From assembly GCF_004010195.1 (NCBI RefSeq), contig NC_057750.1:10639316-10688762 (forward strand): a stretch of 49,447 nucleotides of DNA, read 5' to 3'. Positions within the stretch are counted from its first letter, which is position 1. Every line of letters starts with the position of its first letter. Positions 49,221-49,447 of this stretch are shown one piece after another. Position numbers and translations under genes: made by a program. The notes beneath the pieces were generated by a model, which did no database searches, was not told the DNA's origin, and saw only the letters and a program-made list of their open reading frames with translations. This DNA is from Chiloscyllium plagiosum. Its lineage: Eukaryota.

Positions 49221-49447
49221 AAACGTGGTGCTGAAAAACACAGCAGGCCAGGCAGCATCCGAGGAGCAGGAGAATCGACGTTTCGGGCATAAGCCCTTCT
49301 TCAGGAATGGGGCTGGTGTGCCAAGCGGGCTGAGATAAAAGGTAGCGGGGAGAGAATTTGGGGGAGGGGCCCTGCGAATACGATAAGTGGAAGGAGGTGA
49401 GGGTGAGGGTGATAGGCCGGAGAGGGGGTGGGGGCAGGAGGTCGGGA
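49221..49447 (-). mobile_element. Penelope-like terminal-repeat fragment with an intact hammerhead core (49277-49304)
   Basis: Minus strand: attc-CTGAAGA-A-GGGC-ttat-GCCC-GAAA-C-GTC-gattctcctgctcctcggatgctgcc. Confidence 0.7.

Overview
Repeat-dense, non-genic (intergenic or intronic) vertebrate genomic DNA, most likely from a shark. The shark call is an inference from HE1/V-SINE-like SINEs, their CR1/HER1-like partner LINEs, Deu-domain SINEs and Rex1. No intact protein-coding gene is recognisable. Nearly every ORF in the track is either a decayed retroelement fragment (CR1 esterase/endonuclease/RT, Rex1/Babar RT, Tx1-like, L2/Crack-like, Penelope GIY-YIG) or a spurious frame over low-complexity sequence. 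The most notable signal is a set of minimal type-I hammerhead-ribozyme motifs (CUGANGA-N-stem II-GAAA-NNUH) in about four unrelated Penelope-like terminal-repeat families. Their stem II sequences differ but stay paired, and several insertions are inverted-repeat structures with 7-13 bp target-site duplications. Also present: a ~2.25 kb 52/53-bp satellite grown from the internal repeat of one SINE, a second such array with an inverted young SINE tail inside it, a head-to-head SINE pair with a perfect 46-bp palindrome, two solo-LTR-like elements, a local ~270-bp duplication and one weak candidate terminal exon. There are two assembly gaps (24915-25363, 37145-37232). Family names come from motif recognition, not database searches, and repeat boundaries are approximate (about +/-20 bp).
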